A stretch of 64,000 nt of DNA, taken from the IMG/VR virus record IMGVR_UViG_3300035670_000191, positions 1,540-65,539 of that record; one strand, written 5' to 3'. The DNA is from a virus. Taxonomy: Duplodnaviria; Caudoviricetes. Below are positions 54,984-64,000 of the stretch, one piece after another. The position numbers were made by a program, and so were the translations under genes. How positions within the stretch are numbered: position 1 is the stretch's first letter; each line of letters begins with the position of its first letter. The notes under the pieces are model-generated. The model had not been told where the DNA came from. It made no database searches and saw only the letters and a program-made list of their open reading frames with translations.

Positions 54984-55600
54984 TAGTTATGCCTATGGGG
55001 AAATATGATGTTTTTCCAAAGAAAGAAATACCTGCAACCACGCTACGACAACTTCTTGCTGGACTTCGCAGGGAATATGGCCAACACTTTATACAATCTG
55101 TCCGTGGGCACGCAATACTGTTTAGCGGTGACACAAGCGTACCGCCCCTTGCACTTGTCGAGCATGGCTTTGACATTGATATAAGTGCTTATGGGTATCT
55201 TGGGATAGTGCCGGAAGTAACGGGGAATGAGCCATTTTCATTAACTGCTATTGCGGCAAATATAGTAGCCTACTCCGGAGTTGTTTCCGCATTCAGTTTA
55301 TCTGCAAGTACAGCACTTTTTCTTGTTGATGCCGTTGTACTTGTCTTACAAGTAGGTCTTGCAATCGGCCTTGGTATGCTTGCCCAAGCAATATCACCAA
55401 CGCCTACAACAAAAGATGCTAAACAAGCACAAAAGCGTGAGTCTAGCCTATGGAATGGTAACCAAGCAACAAATATAGAAGGTAGTGTGCTACCAATGGT
55501 ATTTGGTAGCCCTTTTTGTGGCGGCGGGGTTATGGTAGCCAATAGTCTTACGACAGAAGACGTTTCACTTATCACGCCAACTACTCCTATACAGCCATGA
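54980..55600 (+). CDS. tail assembly protein (lambda gpI-like)
   Basis: VP.V.G, hydrophobic middle, EG..LP.VFG. Confidence 0.8.
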   Translation: MIVMPMGKYDVFPKKEIPATTLRQLLAGLRREYGQHFIQSVRGHAILFSGDTSVPPLALVEHGFDIDISAYGYLGIVPEVTGNEPFSLTAIAANIVAYSGVVSAFSLSASTALFLVDAVVLVLQVGLAIGLGMLAQAISPTPTTKDAKQAQKRESSLWNGNQATNIEGSVLPMVFGSPFCGGGVMVANSLTTEDVSLITPTTPIQP

Positions 55601-58455
55601 CAAGTCCTTTCACGCACAAAAGCAACACCGGAACCGGGCTAACTATTTACGGTGAGGGTAAAGGTGGTAAAGGCGGTGGAAGTGCCCCGATTGAAGAAGA
55701 TGATACTCTTGCAAGTAAACAAGTATTGCGTGTGCTGTATGCCGTTAGTAATGGGCCAATACACTCCGTGCAAGAAGTTTACATAAATAGAGTTAAACTA
55801 GCACAAGATGCCGACGGGAAGTATAACATACCTGGGGTAATAACAGACTATCGTGACGGGGCTATTGTACAGGCCGTTATACGGGGGTTTTCAGCAGTAG
55901 AAGCGATTTCCGACATAGCGACACCCCTAAAGGTTCGGAAGTCCGGCAACCAGTATAGAATAATACCTGTCCCTGCCTCCCGCGATAGACTTCGCATAAC
56001 TATGGTGTTAGACAGCCTGCGGTTTGTAGATGAAGACGGTAACATTAGGAAGTATGAAGTTAGCTTTTCCTTTGCAACAGGGCTTAACAATACCTATAGC
56101 TCATTCGATATAGGTTCTAAGCAAACTGTTACCAAGTCAGGTAAATCCTCCGGGGCGTACGCATTCGATGTAATCGTTGAAAAGCCATTAGCAGCAGAAC
56201 TTGTAACTACCCCTTGGTACGTCCTGGTTGAGCGTGTCACAGAAGATGATGACGACACTATCACGAAACGAACAAAGTATTCGTCTGCAACGATTGCCGC
56301 CCTCACTGAAATAACAGACGTTAAACTCACATATCCTACTACTGCCCTTATAGGGATGACATTTCTAAAGGCTAAACGATTAGGCGGGGCATTCCCTGAC
56401 CTTATTTATAAAGTACGTGGGATACTTGTGCCTGTGCCGAGTGCAACCTATTATACCCCCGAAACAGGAGTATACTCTGGTATATGGAATCTGACAAGTT
56501 GGGCAAACATAGGCTACCCAAGTGCTAATCCTGCCTGGCAAATACTGTACTTGTTACGCGATACTACTTTCGGGTTAGGTATTAGCGACAGCGATATAGA
56601 CATTGGGGCATTCTATGCTTTTGCAAAGTATTGCGACGAAGCCATACCTATGTATGAGTTTACCCTTAACGAGGCTACGGGCCAATGGACGTATAAGCAA
56701 ACGGGTACAAGAAGACGCTATGAACTCCACAACCAGTTTAATGAAAGGGAACCGGCTATACAAATGCTGGCCTATTTCTATAGTGCAGGTATAGCGCGTC
56801 CAACAATTAGTAAAGAGGGTTTACATTCTGTTGTTTGGGACAGGCCACGGCTTCCATCAATACTTGTGACGAATAACAATGTTGTTGACGGGGTGTTTAC
56901 TTATGGGTCAAACTCACTCGATGAAAGGTATACTACTGTAACGGCCATATACAACGACATAAATGAAGTTGGGAAAACTACTACTGTAACTGTTCCGCTT
57001 ACGCCTTCACAAGATTACTGGGAAGCCGAGGAAAGGATACTGGCAGCAAGATACGGGTACAAGTCCCTAGACTTACCCCTTATAGGCTGTTATAATCGTG
57101 ACCAGGCGATAGTTAAAGCACGTTGGGCACTCTACAGGAACTCTATCCTAACGGAAACATTGGCATTTGCCGTGCTATTTGACGGATTGTCGTTTGAAAT
57201 AGGGGATATTATACAAGTAATGGATGAGTTCCGCAACGCAAGTGCTATGCAGGGAAGGATAGAAATAGCAATGCCTGATAGCAAAGAACTTATGTTGGAC
57301 AGGACGCTTACGTTTGTTGGCGGCACTACGTATACAATTCATTACTATTCTGCCTCATTTGGGCTAACCAGTAAGCAAATAGTGCCGTATAGCGCGGCTA
57401 CTGATACCGCAAACGGGGTTATGCTTGCCTCATGGGTTCCGCCTATCCCGGAATCCCCATTTATAATAACATCGTCTGCAACCGCTGGTACGCTTTGGGA
57501 AATAGTAGGGCTTTCTGTCAGTGAAGACACACAACAAATAGCTGTTAGTTGTGTCGCGTATAGCGATGCTCTCTACGGGTATCTATACCGCCCTGCTCGT
57601 ATGGCAGCCAAACCCATCTATGAATCTGTTGCTGCAAGTTCCTACGCTTGCCCGCCTCCAGAATCCCTCGAAGTCATTATTGACGAAGATGACACGATAA
57701 ATAAGAATATAACGCTGACTTGGGAATGGTTTAACTCGGAAGAAGAAAGGGACAAGTATAAGGCTATGAAAACTGCCGCCCTTAGTAATGCTGACATTAC
57801 CCCGTATATCCCAAACCCTTATAGCCCTGAGTTTCAAGTATGGTATCGGCATGTATCAACCGGCGATACCTATACTAAACTTGAAAACATCGTCAATAGG
57901 TCAGTGGAAATACCAATGGCAAAAGAGGGTGAGTATGAGTTCAATGTATTTGCCATAAACGGTAAAGGTCTTGTGTCGAAAGCAGCAACATACGTTTACA
58001 ACCATGTACTCCGTGATGTTGAGAGCATATCTTTTAATTTTGCAAACATAGCCCCTAATGCAAAAGGCATCCTACAGGGGCAGTTAATAGCAAAACGCTA
58101 CGAAGTTGAACTTGTTAAGGTAAGTGCGCCTTGTAGGCTTAGGCTTTATAAAGAAGTTAAACAAGACACGCAATATACGATACCGTCAAGTGAGCTAGAC
58201 AGGTTGGCAAGTGAAGCAATTATACCTATTGCGGCGGTAACAAATAGCTACGCCCCTTTCCTAGACATTACACTTGAAGAAGGTGGGACGTATGACTTCG
58301 ATGCTGTTAGGTCTAAAGCAATTCCAAAAGGGGCAAGCAGCACCATTTCCTACGACGCGCCACTTTATAACAGAAAAACAACCGTAGTTGTCACTAACAT
58401 TAGTGAAGTAGCTACAAGCATAGACGTAACTGTATGGTATAGGGTATTAGCATGA
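55597..58455 (+). CDS. central tail tip / host-specificity protein (lambda gpJ-like)
   Basis: G.GKGG, S.GPI, L.YP.TA, NPAW, YCDE, N.V.G.F.Y, GC....QA, GD.I.V.D; FN3-like region. Confidence 0.88.
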   Translation: MTSPFTHKSNTGTGLTIYGEGKGGKGGGSAPIEEDDTLASKQVLRVLYAVSNGPIHSVQEVYINRVKLAQDADGKYNIPGVITDYRDGAIVQAVIRGFSAVEAISDIATPLKVRKSGNQYRIIPVPASRDRLRITMVLDSLRFVDEDGNIRKYEVSFSFATGLNNTYSSFDIGSKQTVTKSGKSSGAYAFDVIVEKPLAAELVTTPWYVLVERVTEDDDDTITKRTKYSSATIAALTEITDVKLTYPTTALIGMTFLKAKRLGGAFPDLIYKVRGILVPVPSATYYTPETGVYSGIWNLTSWANIGYPSANPAWQILYLLRDTTFGLGISDSDIDIGAFYAFAKYCDEAIPMYEFTLNEATGQWTYKQTGTRRRYELHNQFNEREPAIQMLAYFYSAGIARPTISKEGLHSVVWDRPRLPSILVTNNNVVDGVFTYGSNSLDERYTTVTAIYNDINEVGKTTTVTVPLTPSQDYWEAEERILAARYGYKSLDLPLIGCYNRDQAIVKARWALYRNSILTETLAFAVLFDGLSFEIGDIIQVMDEFRNASAMQGRIEIAMPDSKELMLDRTLTFVGGTTYTIHYYSASFGLTSKQIVPYSAATDTANGVMLASWVPPIPESPFIITSSATAGTLWEIVGLSVSEDTQQIAVSCVAYSDALYGYLYRPARMAAKPIYESVAASSYACPPPESLEVIIDEDDTINKNITLTWEWFNSEEERDKYKAMKTAALSNADITPYIPNPYSPEFQVWYRHVSTGDTYTKLENIVNRSVEIPMAKEGEYEFNVFAINGKGLVSKAATYVYNHVLRDVESISFNFANIAPNAKGILQGQLIAKRYEVELVKVSAPCRLRLYKEVKQDTQYTIPSSELDRLASEAIIPIAAVTNSYAPFLDITLEEGGTYDFDAVRSKAIPKGASSTISYDAPLYNRKTTVVVTNISEVATSIDVTVWYRVLA

Positions 58456-61400
58456 CCGCATCAATGACAGTGCCCAACCGTGGGCAAACACTTTCGTCAA
58501 TTATATCTTCGGTTAAATCCGCGCTTGGGTCATCAGCCACGCTGGATGTTGGTATAGGTTCGAATGAAGTTCCATTAAATGCTTATCTTGGGGCACTTGC
58601 ATACACAAATGCAGACGAATTAAGCCTAAGCTATTCGCAAATAACAGATGTTCCTGTTGATTTCTCACCAGCAACAAGTGTGACTTCGGTCTCCCTTGGA
58701 ACAGGGAATAAAACTTTTACCATTCAGGCGGCCCGCTCTCTAACTATTGGGATGAGCGTAAAAGTAGCCCTTACAAGTAACCCCTCTACATGGATGCACG
58801 GGGATGTAACGGCCTATAATCCGGTCACCGGAGTCTTGTCTGTAAATGTAAATATGTTTAACGGACAAGGAACTTATGCAGCATGGACAATTAGTCTTTC
58901 TGCCCCACCAATGCCTCTGTTAGGACAACTCGCTTCTGGTGAGGAAATAGACATATCTGCCACGCACGCACTTGCCATTGCCAGCACAACTGCAATACCA
59001 GTGGCAAATGCTACTGCTCCAGGCGGAATAAAGTTAGGGTTTTCCCAGACAGGACTACATTATGCTGTTACATTAAATGAGGCTCTTCAAGCGTACGTGC
59101 ATGTACCTTGGTCAGATACGACGTATAGTTTGTCCGCAGGTGTTGCTAAAGGGACTGTTGTTTTTACAGCGTCCGACGGGACTGCCCAAACCATAAGTAT
59201 TCCGGGATTAGAAAGTGCTGCCTATACACGAGCAGATACATACGTTCAAAAGTGGGAGGCAGGGGCACTTGCTTACAGAAACACAATAGACTATAGTGAA
59301 GTTACAGGAACCCCTGTAATTCCAGTACAGGAAAAAGCTGACTGGGAACAGGTTGCAACTGACCAACTGTCTTACATACAAAACAAACCGAAACTTGCAA
59401 CAATAGCAACAAGCGGTAAATACACTGACTTGCTGGACAAGCCGGACTTGTCAGTTTATGCCGAAGAATGGAAACTAGGGGCACTTGCATACGAAAACGC
59501 CGACGACCTACAGATTGACTACGAACAAATAATAAATGTACCTGTTGACTTCTCTCCGGCAACAAGCACAACTTCACTTACACTAGGCACTGGGGTTAAA
59601 ACATTAACAATCCAGCAGGCACGCTCCCTAACTGTTGGAATGAGTGTTAAACTTGCACTTACCAGTAGTCCTACTGTTTGGATGCACGGAGATGTCACTG
59701 CATATAATGCCACCACAGGCAGCCTTTCTGTAGATGTAAACATATACAATGGACAAGGTACGCATTCTGGCTGGACAGTCAGCCTATCTGCTCCACCTAT
59801 GCCGATACTTGGGTTGTTGGCATCCGGCGATGAAATAGATATATCCGCAACACGTGCGTTAGCTATTGCCAGCACAACTGCTATTCCAGTAGCGAATACT
59901 GTCGCTCCTGGTGGGATAAAAATAGGGTTTGCAGCAACAGGGGTACAATACGGTGTGCAACTCGATGCGGAGTTGAAGGCTTATGTACAAGTCCCGTGGA
60001 CAAATACGACGTATAGTTTTGCTTCCGGTACTACCGACGGCGCATTTACAGTAACGCCTTCTGGAGCCTCGCCTCTCTCAATCCAAATTGCAGGGCTTAA
60101 AAGTGCTGCCTATACCCTCAGCAGTGACTACGCTAAAGCAGAACATAGTCATGAAGTGTATGTTGAAAAATGGGCATTAGGGGGACTCGCCTACAGAGAT
60201 ACCATTGACTATGCAGAAGTAAGTAATACTCCGGCACCACAGGTTAATGCAGATTGGAATAGCGTCGCTACGGATTCGCCTGCGAGAATACTTAACAAGC
60301 CTAGTCTAGCGACTATTGCCACAAGTGGGTTATATGCTGACTTGCAGGGCACACCTGACCTTAGCGTTTATGCTAAAAGATGGGAAATAGGGGCACTTGC
60401 TTACCGGGACAACATTGATTATAGTGAGATTAGCAACACCCCTACTATTCCGGCTGCACAAGTACAAAGTGATTGGAGTGCAGCAAGCACAGACGCCATC
60501 TCTTACATAAAAAACAAACCGATATTAGGAACTGCTGCAAGCCGTAACATAGGTACTACTTCAGGACAAATACCCGTACTAGATGCAAATGGTAAACTTG
60601 TAACAAGTATTCTTCCAGGAATGGCATTAACTAGCGTAACCCCAGTAGCTACTGTGGCGGCTATGAATGCTCTTACCGGAGTAGAAAGCGGTGATGTCGC
60701 AGTAGTAGCAGATGTACGAAAATCATACGTGTATAATGGAAGTGGCTGGACTGAGTTACTTACGCCAACAGATGCAGTAACAAGTGTCGCAGGGAAAACG
60801 GGGGTTGTTACACTTACGAAAAGTGACGTAGGTCTGCATCTTGTAGATAATACAAGTGACGTTGGCAAGCCCTTAAGCACTGCTATGATTGCGGCTTTGT
60901 CTGCAAAACAAGATATTTGGGCTTTAGGAGCTTTAGCCTATCGTGACTGGATTGATTATGCGGAGTTAACGAACTCACCAACAAAACTTAGTTCGTTCAC
61001 GAATGATAGTAGTTTTCTCACAGCGGCTACACTTACAACAGACGTTTTACCCAGTATTCCGCCGAGTAAACTACAAACACTGACAACTGATAAACTCCCG
61101 ACAATTCCTGTAAGTAAACTTGCGACGCTTACAACGGACGTTATACCTAGCCTACCTACAAGTAAGGTAACAGGGTTAGGTACTGCGGCAACGAAAAACA
61201 TTCCTGCAAGTGGGGACGCAGGGACAACTGAAGTAGTTTTAGGGAGCGATAGTAGGCTTGTGAAACCGGTGGATGTTAGTTGGGCATTCGGAGCAATGGC
61301 CTACCGAGATACTATAGAATACAGTGAGTTATCAGGCCAACCTACTATTCCAGCCGCCCAAGTACAAAGTGATTGGAATGCCACGAGTACAAGTGACCTG

Positions 61401-63638
61401 ACGTATATTAAAAACAAGCCAACACTAGGTACTGCTGCAAGCAAAAACACGGGAACAGGTGGTGGTAATGTTCCCCTGTTGGACAGCCTTGGGAAACTTT
61501 CAAGCAGTGTTATACCTTTTGGCATTACCAGTAGTTCTGTTGCTTATGGGAACCATACACATACTATCTATGCAGCTGTTGACCATACTCATACAGGGTA
61601 TTTGTCTGCGGTTCCAACGGCAGCCGATACTGTTACAGGCGGAGTAAGGACAGGATATACTGAATCAGGAACTACTTATGCGGTTAAACTAGACGCTAAT
61701 TCTAAAGCGTATGTAAATGTTCCTTTGGCAAGTCATTCTCATACAGAGTATTCTAGTACGTACCATTCGCATAGCAGTTTTAGCAACGACTTACTTATAA
61801 ATAGCCTGACTTGTGGTAGAGGTAACGGCAATAGTACGTCTAATGTTGCTTTTGGATATAACTGTTTCAAAGCTAATTCAGGAACGCATAATATAGCTAT
61901 AGGAAATGAAGCACTGAAAAATAACACAACGGGCACGCGAAATACCGCAGTTGGAAGCCAAACTTTTGGCTCCCTAACAGCCACTAGTGACAATACCGGT
62001 ATTGGTTACGGGGCACTTAACGGCACGACAGGGACGGAAAATACTTGCGTAGGGTCTTATGCAGGGTATCTTACAACTTCTGGTGGCTATAATACCGTTA
62101 TTGGAAGTAAGGCTTTTTACACAAACACGGCTGGTTACGGCAATACCATTTTAGGCGCATCTGCTGGCAATGCGTTAACAAGTAATTTTAACGTAATACT
62201 AGGTTATAAAGCGGCAGAATTTTTAGGTGCATCAGATAATAATACTATAGTTGGGTATAATACCGCGCAGAACCTAGTTAATGGAACACAAAACACTGTA
62301 ATTGGAAGTAGGATAAATACAGGTAATGTGTCAAACCACGTATTTATTGGTGATGGTGGGGGGAATATAAGGGCAAAACATGACGGCACTGATTGGATAA
62401 TGAATGGTCGCGTGTATGCCACAGGGTTTTCTTTCAATTCGTCTAATATGCTGTTAGGAAGTGGCGCAGGGAACTCAATAACAGCAAATGCAGCAAGAAA
62501 TGTTGCTATAGGTCAAGACGCACTGCGAGCTAACGTACAAGGGTCTGGAAATGTCGCCATTGGGAGCAATGCTCTATACGCCTCTGGTGGGGGTAGTAAC
62601 ATATCCATAGGTGAGAACTCTCTCAATAAGTATACCGGGTCAACATCTATAGCAATAGGGGCTTATGCACTACAGGAAAACATTTGTGATATAGGGAATA
62701 TAGCCATTGGCTATGAAAGCCTAAAAATGGCAAAAGTTAGAAATGCAATAACTGGCTTAATCTCTGTTACAACAGGCAGTACCATAGTAACAGGGCATTC
62801 CACTTTATTTCTATCTGAGTTGTCCGTCAATGCCTTTATTGGTACAACTTCTGGGTATTTTTTAGGGCAAATAGGCTCAATTCAGTCAAACACCCAACTT
62901 ACGCTGAAATCTGTATCAAATTATACCTTGTCTTTTGTAGGGCTAAATAACCCTAATGTTGTATTTGCCTACAATCTTGCTATAGGGAATTACTCTGGAA
63001 ACAGAATCAGCACGGGTACAAATAACTTTATTATAGGCAGTAACTCTGGGAAAAGTTTAACTACAGAAAACAATAATTTAATTATTGGCTCGAATACTTC
63101 AACTGATAATAGTGGGAACTATGGTATAGTCAATGTTGGCGGCAGCACAGGTGGAGGTAATACCGTAATAGGCAGCGACCTATTAAATAACATTAAAATC
63201 TCTACAAACAACAATGTTTTTATTGGGTCTAATGGAACAATCAGAGCTAGATACTACGGCGATACCAGTAAATGGGAGTTTATAGGGCCAATACAAAAAT
63301 TAAGACAAGCCCATAACAGTGGGGTTCTTATAACTTCTGGTGCAATAGAATTAGACTGCTCTGTTTATCAGTCCTTTTGGGTGCATCGCACAGCAAACAT
63401 TACTAGCATAAATATAATCAATGCCCAAGGCCCAGAGTTTATAATTAGAATCTATTTCCAATCCGACTCCGCAGGAACCCTTAGGACAGTATCTTGGCCA
63501 TCATCATTCAGGTGGATGAATGCTACAGCAGATACGCTTACGCAAACGGCAAACAGAGTTGATATAATGGAATTGTCTACATTAAATAATGGAGGTACTT
63601 GGTATGTATTACGCAACAGACAAAATGTTTCTTTGTAA
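58452..63638 (+). CDS. long modular tail fibre
   Basis: duplicated N-terminal module, seven GALAY-type repeats, DW..YI.NKP repeats, N.AIG..AL repeats, C-terminal tip domain. Confidence 0.85.
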   Translation: MTASMTVPNRGQTLSSIISSVKSALGSSATLDVGIGSNEVPLNAYLGALAYTNADELSLSYSQITDVPVDFSPATSVTSVSLGTGNKTFTIQAARSLTIGMSVKVALTSNPSTWMHGDVTAYNPVTGVLSVNVNMFNGQGTYAAWTISLSAPPMPLLGQLASGEEIDISATHALAIASTTAIPVANATAPGGIKLGFSQTGLHYAVTLNEALQAYVHVPWSDTTYSLSAGVAKGTVVFTASDGTAQTISIPGLESAAYTRADTYVQKWEAGALAYRNTIDYSEVTGTPVIPVQEKADWEQVATDQLSYIQNKPKLATIATSGKYTDLLDKPDLSVYAEEWKLGALAYENADDLQIDYEQIINVPVDFSPATSTTSLTLGTGVKTLTIQQARSLTVGMSVKLALTSSPTVWMHGDVTAYNATTGSLSVDVNIYNGQGTHSGWTVSLSAPPMPILGLLASGDEIDISATRALAIASTTAIPVANTVAPGGIKIGFAATGVQYGVQLDAELKAYVQVPWTNTTYSFASGTTDGAFTVTPSGASPLSIQIAGLKSAAYTLSSDYAKAEHSHEVYVEKWALGGLAYRDTIDYAEVSNTPAPQVNADWNSVATDSPARILNKPSLATIATSGLYADLQGTPDLSVYAKRWEIGALAYRDNIDYSEISNTPTIPAAQVQSDWSAASTDAISYIKNKPILGTAASRNIGTTSGQIPVLDANGKLVTSILPGMALTSVTPVATVAAMNALTGVESGDVAVVADVRKSYVYNGSGWTELLTPTDAVTSVAGKTGVVTLTKSDVGLHLVDNTSDVGKPLSTAMIAALSAKQDIWALGALAYRDWIDYAELTNSPTKLSSFTNDSSFLTAATLTTDVLPSIPPSKLQTLTTDKLPTIPVSKLATLTTDVIPSLPTSKVTGLGTAATKNIPASGDAGTTEVVLGSDSRLVKPVDVSWAFGAMAYRDTIEYSELSGQPTIPAAQVQSDWNATSTSDLTYIKNKPTLGTAASKNTGTGGGNVPLLDSLGKLSSSVIPFGITSSSVAYGNHTHTIYAAVDHTHTGYLSAVPTAADTVTGGVRTGYTESGTTYAVKLDANSKAYVNVPLASHSHTEYSSTYHSHSSFSNDLLINSLTCGRGNGNSTSNVAFGYNCFKANSGTHNIAIGNEALKNNTTGTRNTAVGSQTFGSLTATSDNTGIGYGALNGTTGTENTCVGSYAGYLTTSGGYNTVIGSKAFYTNTAGYGNTILGASAGNALTSNFNVILGYKAAEFLGASDNNTIVGYNTAQNLVNGTQNTVIGSRINTGNVSNHVFIGDGGGNIRAKHDGTDWIMNGRVYATGFSFNSSNMLLGSGAGNSITANAARNVAIGQDALRANVQGSGNVAIGSNALYASGGGSNISIGENSLNKYTGSTSIAIGAYALQENICDIGNIAIGYESLKMAKVRNAITGLISVTTGSTIVTGHSTLFLSELSVNAFIGTTSGYFLGQIGSIQSNTQLTLKSVSNYTLSFVGLNNPNVVFAYNLAIGNYSGNRISTGTNNFIIGSNSGKSLTTENNNLIIGSNTSTDNSGNYGIVNVGGSTGGGNTVIGSDLLNNIKISTNNNVFIGSNGTIRARYYGDTSKWEFIGPIQKLRQAHNSGVLITSGAIELDCSVYQSFWVHRTANITSINIINAQGPEFIIRIYFQSDSAGTLRTVSWPSSFRWMNATADTLTQTANRVDIMELSTLNNGGTWYVLRNRQNVSL

Positions 63639-63650
63639 AATAGGTGAAAT

Positions 63651-63971
63651 ATGTTTAAGCAGGCAGAATTAGTTGAACTTAGAAGAAGTAGAAGCCTAGA
63701 GGGGGCTATTACTGGAGTCGCCTTTACTGTAAGAATTGAAGATACCCATAATGGAAGTATCTTATATGAAATAAAGTTGGATGACTCTGAATTGGCCAAC
63801 GTCTTAGCTATAGAGAATAAGCAGCAGCAGGGGGAATATGTTAAGGCTTTACTTGCTCCTAAGATTAAGATGATTTACGCTAATTGGGAACTGACGTTTC
63901 CGAAAGAGCGTATAAATGGGGCAGACGTTGCTGAGATGTTCGGAGTGACTCCCGTTATCACAGCGGAATAA
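63651..63971 (+). CDS. hypothetical protein (possible fibre chaperone)
   Basis: 106 aa, AGGTG RBS, follows the fibre gene. Confidence 0.6.
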   Translation: MFKQAELVELRRSRSLEGAITGVAFTVRIEDTHNGSILYEIKLDDSELANVLAIENKQQQGEYVKALLAPKIKMIYANWELTFPKERINGADVAEMFGVTPVITAE

Positions 63972-64000
63972 CCTTAAAAGGTTGCAGAGGGTTTTGGTAC

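Noticed and set aside
1-64000. tRNA genes, integrase, introns/inteins, stop-codon reassignment
   Set aside because: No cloverleaf, recombinase or intein motifs noticed; core genes are intact in the standard code and all three stop codons are used.

Overview
This 64 kb window is part of a tailed dsDNA phage genome (siphovirus-type), probably with a proteobacterial host. 0.4-20.4 kb is an early/replication module: two SF1 helicases, ThyX, a PD-(D/E)XK exonuclease, a Sak4-like ATPase, a family A DNA polymerase with an N-terminal UDG-like domain, an ATP-dependent ligase, a MazG-like protein, three DNA methyltransferases and a DUF1874/AcrIII-1-like ring nuclease. 20.4-24.1 kb is mostly non-coding. 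It holds a plasmid-type Rep_3 initiator with three 22-bp iterons, surrounded by a dense set of host-transcription-like sites: sigma70-like sites lacking the -7 T, sigma54-like sites, FleQ/NifA-like boxes and other palindromes. This is my best candidate for an undescribed system (a DNA decoy or regulatory array). 24.1-28.1 kb encodes three Lcl/DUF1566 proteins and an Mtd-like C-type-lectin protein. Two of these end in DGR-style variable regions, but no RT or template repeat is visible in the window. 28-46 kb (minus strand) carries lambda-like head genes, tail tube, endolysin and fibre-like genes. 46-64 kb (plus strand) carries a tail chaperone with a -1 frameshift, tape measure, lambda M/L/K/I/J-like tip genes and a long tail fibre. 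All family assignments come from motif recognition by eye, not database searches.
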